This document shows, one piece after another, positions 35,851 to 39,209 of a stretch of 39,209 nucleotides of DNA. The stretch spans positions 1-39,209 of IMG/VR virus record IMGVR_UViG_3300037722_000325. One strand, 5' to 3'. The first letter of the stretch is position 1; every line of letters begins with the position of its first letter. Under the pieces are notes generated by a model. That model did no database searches. It had not been told where the DNA came from and saw only the letters and a list, made by a program, of their open reading frames with translations. The DNA comes from a virus. Its lineage: Duplodnaviria; Caudoviricetes. The position numbers were made by a program, and so were the translations under genes.

Positions 35851-36041
35851 GGCTTTTCCCCCGGCAACCGTTCCCCGCGTTCAGCCGCCCACACAATGAC
35901 CATGCCGAGCGCGGTGGCCGTCAGGATCGTCAGCAGCGCGCCGATGCAAATCCAGAATACCGGCGCATCGACAACCGGGTCCATGTAGGAGGCGAGGGTC
36001 GAGAGCACGGCCGCGATGAATACGGACTGGTCAGCGGTCAT
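35847..36041 (-). CDS. Small membrane protein
   Basis: Hydrophobic VFWICIGALLTILTATALGMVIVW segment. Confidence 0.55.
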   Translation of the reverse strand: MTADQSVFIAAVLSTLASYMDPVVDAPVFWICIGALLTILTATALGMVIVWAAERGERLPGEKP

Positions 36042-36120
36042 TGAGTTCGTCCCCAAACAGCACCGCGATCAGGCACGCGGCGAGGATCAGAGCGAAGAGG
36101 ATCGAGAGTAGGACGATCAT
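36031..36120 (-). CDS. 29-aa single-TM peptide
   Basis: Not in the ORF track. MIVLLSILFALILAACLIAVLFGDELNDR; GGAGG RBS; ATGA overlap. Confidence 0.55.
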   Translation of the reverse strand: MIVLLSILFALILAACLIAVLFGDELNDR

Positions 36121-36473
36121 CCTTCCTCCGCTTCCCGCGCCATTTCGTCCGCGCGCATGTCCACCCACTTCGAGCCGTCAAGGTAGCGGCGCACGATATT
36201 TTTCACGCGCGTTTCCGCATCGCTCGCCCCATGCAGAAACATGCTGACCAGTTCCGCAAGGTCAACCGGGTCAACGGTCTCCACGAGGATGTCGATCAGG
36301 TGAGTCTGCGAACGCCCGCGCGAATGGCGGGGGTAGCATTCCGCGTCCATCATGCGTTCTACGAGGTCATCGAGCGCTTTTTCGGGAGAAACCGCGAAGC
36401 GCTCGCGGCGGGCCTCGGTGCGATCGCGCTGACGTTCTGCGGCGGAATTCGAGTCGGGCATGCGCGCGCTCAT
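36117..36473 (-). CDS. Hypothetical protein
   Basis: ATGA-coupled in the early-left operon. Confidence 0.65.
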   Translation of the reverse strand: MSARMPDSNSAAERQRDRTEARRERFAVSPEKALDDLVERMMDAECYPRHSRGRSQTHLIDILVETVDPVDLAELVSMFLHGASDAETRVKNIVRRYLDGSKWVDMRADEMAREAEEG

Positions 36474-36658
36474 CGCTGCCGCTCCAGCCCTTTGTGCGGG
36501 ACAAAGCGGTATTTCTTCGTTCCGGACCTGTCGGTGAGGTGGTACGCATCCGGCGCGTAGTCACCTGGGGTGGGTTCCTTCGCGGTGATCCTGAGAGAGA
36601 GAAACCCGACCTTGACCGTCTCGCCGACTTCCCACAACTGCGCGCTTCTGGTGATCAT
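36470..36658 (-). CDS. First early-left hypothetical protein
   Basis: AGGAGG RBS downstream of PL; WEVGETVKVGFLSL..YRFVPHKGL. Confidence 0.75.
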   Translation of the reverse strand: MITRSAQLWEVGETVKVGFLSLRITAKEPTPGDYAPDAYHLTDRSGTKKYRFVPHKGLERQR

Positions 36659-36688
36659 CTTTGCCTCCTGCTTGGTGAGCGTGAGGCG

Positions 36689-36730
36689 ATTATAAACACA
36701 GTGTTTAGCTACTTGTCAACAGTATGTTTA
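36689..36730 (-). promoter_or_regulatory. PL promoter with operators OL1 and OL2
   Basis: TTGACA (36719-36714) and TATAAT (36694-36689). Operators TAAAC-ACAGT-GTTTA at 36693-36707 and TCAAC-AGTAT-GTTTA at 36716-36730. Confidence 0.8.
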
Positions 36731-36796
36731 GTATGGAGCAAAAAAGGCGTAGCATCCCCCTACCGGTCAGGTGGCCGGGATCAGTCAGGAGGGGCT

Positions 36797-36976
36797 ATGG
36801 AAAACCAGCGCGCCGCGCTCGATCCGGCGGTGGTGGTTATTGGCGAGAAACGGGTGGCGTTCCCTCGATCGGAGGAAGATCGAATTCTCCAAGAAGCTGA
36901 CGAAGTTGAGCTAATTGAAGCGCTGAGCAGTGGAAAACTACGGATCGGGCCTCAGAAGGTAATTCGGTTCCGGTGA
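36797..36976 (+). CDS. Small hypothetical protein
   Basis: AGGAGG RBS; 59 aa ending KVIRFR; overlaps an antisense ORF. Confidence 0.5.
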   Translation: MENQRAALDPAVVVIGEKRVAFPRSEEDRILQEADEVELIEALSSGKLRIGPQKVIRFR

Positions 36977-37160
36977 CGGTGAAGGCCAGTCGATACCAGC
37001 GCTGCGGGGTGCCGTCTGTCGGCAGCAGCGGGGCAAGGTCATCTTCAGAGCGGTAAAAGAGAATCCTCGCCGCAGGCGGGTCGATCGAGTATTGAACCGT
37101 CACTGTCTTCGAATTCGGCGGGGCGCGATCCGGGAAGTGCCACTTTGTTTTTGCGCTCAC
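36837..37160 (-). CDS. Hypothetical immunity-region protein
   Basis: GTGA overlap with the HNH gene stop. Confidence 0.45.
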   Translation of the reverse strand: MSAKTKWHFPDRAPPNSKTVTVQYSIDPPAARILFYRSEDDLAPLLPTDGTPQRWYRLAFTVTGTELPSEARSVVFHCSALQLAQLRQLLGEFDLPPIEGTPPVSRQ

Positions 37161-37447
37161 GGCTTCGGGATGTTGCGCAACGCCGCGCACTGCCGACGCT
37201 CGGCGCGGTCCTTGATCTTCGCCTCGTCCACCGTCTGCCACTGCATGTTGCTCGCGTGATCCGGGCCACCCGCGCAAAGTGGTGTCACGTGGTCAACGAC
37301 GTAGCCGGGGCAGGCACCAAGCGTCGCACCGGTAGCGGGGCAGGGGTTCGACCGTACGAACGCGGCCCGCGCGGTGGGGCTGCGGGCAGCGGTCCACGTG
37401 GAACCAACGACGAGCGCTAACGCGAGCGCCGCCCAGACACGGACCAC
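37157..37447 (-). CDS. HNH-family protein with an N-terminal signal peptide
   Basis: VWAALALALVVGSTWTAA signal, then NPCPATG..CPGYVVDHVTPLCAGGPDHASNMQWQ. The exact start is uncertain. Confidence 0.75.
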   Translation of the reverse strand: MVRVWAALALALVVGSTWTAARSPTARAAFVRSNPCPATGATLGACPGYVVDHVTPLCAGGPDHASNMQWQTVDEAKIKDRAERRQCAALRNIPKP

Positions 37448-37656
37448 AGCATCCACCCGAGGCCGCCAATCAAGGCAATCATGAGCCATCGAAGCACCAT
37501 CCACAGCGTTTCCGGGCCGGGAAGGTGAATCAGCCGAAATGGAGCGTCAGTCTCTGTGCCCGGCAGGAAAATCCACATCAGGACGGCCGCAAGCATCATT
37601 GCGCCGCCAGCGATTCGGAAGAGCAGGGCGACAACGAGTGTGATGGTGTAGCGCAT
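37417..37656 (-). CDS. Two-TM membrane protein downstream of the repressor
   Basis: AGGAG RBS in the end of the repressor gene; two hydrophobic helices. Confidence 0.7.
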   Translation of the reverse strand: MRYTITLVVALLFRIAGGAMMLAAVLMWIFLPGTETDAPFRLIHLPGPETLWMVLRWLMIALIGGLGWMLWSVSGRRSR

Positions 37657-37658
37657 CG

Positions 37659-38045
37659 CTATTTCTCCTTGTGCTTGTAAGCCAGCAGCTGCGGGCTGCT
37701 GACCTTTTGCGTGAGATCGCGCAGTAACTCCAGCATCTGGTCGAGCTTGCGCACGATATCGGCGGTTGTGACTTCCTTAATCGAAGACGCGGTCAGGTCC
37801 TCGGCCTCGATCTGAATGCCGGCCTGCTTTCGATATTCAGTTTCGGTTATCTTCATTCCCACACACACTGCGCGCAGGCGGTCGGCAGGCAACGAGCCCC
37901 GAGCCAGCCAATTTGTTAGAGCGGCCTGCTGCTCAAGACCGATATTGCGGGCAAAGTCTGCCTTTGCTCCATGGCGCTTTCCTTCAAACCAACGTCGTAA
38001 CGGCTCGACAGGAATGCGCTCGCCCCGCTTGCGCTTTTTTGCCAT
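37659..38045 (-). CDS. CI-like repressor (HTH, no S24 peptidase domain)
   Basis: KADFARNIGL..AALTNWLARG HTH; divergent from cro across the operators. Confidence 0.75.
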   Translation of the reverse strand: MAKKRKRGERIPVEPLRRWFEGKRHGAKADFARNIGLEQQAALTNWLARGSLPADRLRAVCVGMKITETEYRKQAGIQIEAEDLTASSIKEVTTADIVRKLDQMLELLRDLTQKVSSPQLLAYKHKEK

Positions 38046-38141
38046 ACACACGAAGTGTATTGACGGCACCCAAGGCCGTGTTAAACAGTGATTTAAACAA
38101 ACAGTTTGCATTTTCCTAAACTCGGTGTTTATAATCCTCGC
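38045..38141 (+). promoter_or_regulatory. PR/PRM switch region with operators OR1-OR3
   Basis: TTGCAT at 38106-38111 and TATAAT at 38130-38135. Operators TAAAC-TCGGT-GTTTA (38117-38131), TAAAC-AAACA-GTTTG (38094-38108) and TACAC-ACGAA-GTGTA (38045-38059). Confidence 0.8.
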
Positions 38142-38354
38142 ATGTCAGCACTTGAGCGAGCAATCGAACACGCCGGCGGACCTGCGGAATTCGCTCGTCT
38201 CATGGAAGTCAGTCCGCAGGTCGTCACGAACTGGAAGAGTCGAGGCGTACCGCTTGACCGCTGCGCCGATATTGAGCGCGTAACGGCTGGCGCGGTGACG
38301 CGGGCCGATTTCTACCCAGAGCACTTCGGACCCATCGAAACGCGCGCGGCATGA
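38142..38354 (+). CDS. cro: Cro/YdaS-like regulator
   Basis: ALERAIEHAGG..EFARLMEVSPQVVTNWK..VP..RC.DIER.T.GAVTR.D.YP. Confidence 0.85.
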   Translation: MSALERAIEHAGGPAEFARLMEVSPQVVTNWKSRGVPLDRCADIERVTAGAVTRADFYPEHFGPIETRAA

Positions 38355-38557
38355 GCCTTCCCGGAAAGGAAGTCCGTCCGTTCCTCGAGCCGACGATGCA
38401 CGAGAAGCTCTCGATCATCGCCGATTACAAGGACGCGCAGATCGCGGAGTACGCGGCCCGTCTGCTCGAAAAAGCGATAGCGGCTGAATGGCATGAAGTG
38501 AGTATGTTGATTGCCCGCTCCGAGCGCCTTGGAAAGCGTTGGAAGGCGCTGGAATGA
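38351..38557 (+). CDS. CII-position small regulator (ribbon-helix-helix-like)
   Basis: ATGA-coupled to cro; KEVRPFL...MHEKLSIIA..AEYAARLLEKAI. Confidence 0.6.
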   Translation: MSLPGKEVRPFLEPTMHEKLSIIADYKDAQIAEYAARLLEKAIAAEWHEVSMLIARSERLGKRWKALE

Positions 38558-38610
38558 CACCCGCACCCCGCACCGGCCACCGGCGCGGTAACTCAACAGG
38601 AGAGAACACA

Positions 38611-38841
38611 GTGTCCATCTTCACCGTCCGCCGCCGTCTCGCCGACCCGCAGGCAGCTCCGCGCATGGTCCGCGCCGAGCGCAGGCATCAAGTGGAAAGT
38701 TATCTCCTCGGCGAGTACGACATCGCGCGCCTGAAAGACGTGGCCGAGGCCGCGGAATACGGCAAGGCTGGAGTCGCGATTGAAGAGGCCAACGGGCTGG
38801 GAGAATTCCCAACCACGCCGCCGACCGCTGCGATCGAGTAG
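38611..38841 (+). CDS. Hypothetical protein
   Basis: AGGAG RBS and GTG start; PRMVRA..Q..Y and GVAIEEA pattern. Confidence 0.65.
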   Translation: MSIFTVRRRLADPQAAPRMVRAERRHQVESYLLGEYDIARLKDVAEAAEYGKAGVAIEEANGLGEFPTTPPTAAIE

Positions 38842-38845
38842 GGCA

Positions 38846-39209
38846 ATGGCGATGAGGCCGCTTGGGATTGATCTTTTTTGCGGCCTCGGCGGCTGGTCGC
38901 AGGGCCTGCTTGCAGAAGGATGGGACTGCATCGGCTTCGACATCGAGCGGCACCAGTACGGCGACGCCAAGTATCCGGCCCAGCTTGTCCTGCAAGACGT
39001 TCTGACGCTGCATGGCAGGCAGTTCAAGGATGCCGCGCTGATCGTTGCCAGCCCGCCCTGTCAGGAGTTCAGCTACATGGCCATGCCGTGGTCGCGCGCC
39101 AAGGCAATCGCTGCCGAGTACCGCGCCGGAGCGCGCGACGTGAAGAAACTGACCGCGCTGTTCGACGCCTGCTTTCGGATCCAGCGCGAGGCCATCGAAG
39201 CGGCAGGAC
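38846..39209 (+). CDS. C5 cytosine DNA methyltransferase, 5' part (continues at 1..573 across the junction; about 269 aa)
   Basis: ATG at 38846 gives MAMRPLGIDLFCGLGGW (motif I) and ASPPCQEFS (catalytic motif IV). It is in frame with the ATG at 39083, which equals position 1. Confidence 0.9.
   Translation, partial: MAMRPLGIDLFCGLGGWSQGLLAEGWDCIGFDIERHQYGDAKYPAQLVLQDVLTLHGRQFKDAALIVASPPCQEFSYMAMPWSRAKAIAAEYRAGARDVKKLTALFDACFRIQREAIEAAG
39083..39209. repeat. Terminal direct repeat, copy 2
   Basis: Identical to bases 1-127. Confidence 0.95.

Noticed and set aside
39083-39209. 127-bp terminal repeat as a biological direct terminal repeat
   Set aside because: It cuts through the methyltransferase ORF and its length matches a common assembler k-mer; it indicates circularity only.

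Overview
The window is a complete, circularly assembled genome of a GC-rich temperate podovirus of about 39,082 bp; bases 1-127 recur at 39083-39209. Its gene content resembles BPP-1/epsilon15-type phages, and a proteobacterial host is likely (inference). The rightward arm carries Cro, a CII-like gene, a C5 DNA methyltransferase spanning the junction, a YdaU-type initiator with an internal iteron origin, a helicase loader and RusA. The structural genes follow: portal, scaffold, major capsid, decoration protein, T7-like tail tubes, a GNAT protein, ejection proteins, terminase, two tail fibres and a lysis cassette. The leftward arm carries the repressor, immunity-region accessory genes, YqaJ/RecT, a DEDD exonuclease, excisionase, a tyrosine integrase, a probable attP and a sterol-desaturase-family gene. 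The most notable observations are: (1) three translationally coupled glycosyltransferase-like genes between capsid and tail genes, a candidate virion-glycosylation system; (2) a structured capsid mRNA leader with three copies of one internal-loop motif and a competing RBS-masking helix; (3) RTX-like nonapeptide repeats in the scaffold; (4) a tail-fibre-adaptor-like domain inside TerL; (5) a catalytically degenerate GH24 lysozyme beside an intact GH108 endolysin; (6) a signal-peptide-bearing HNH protein in the immunity region. All assignments come from reading motifs by eye; no searches were run.
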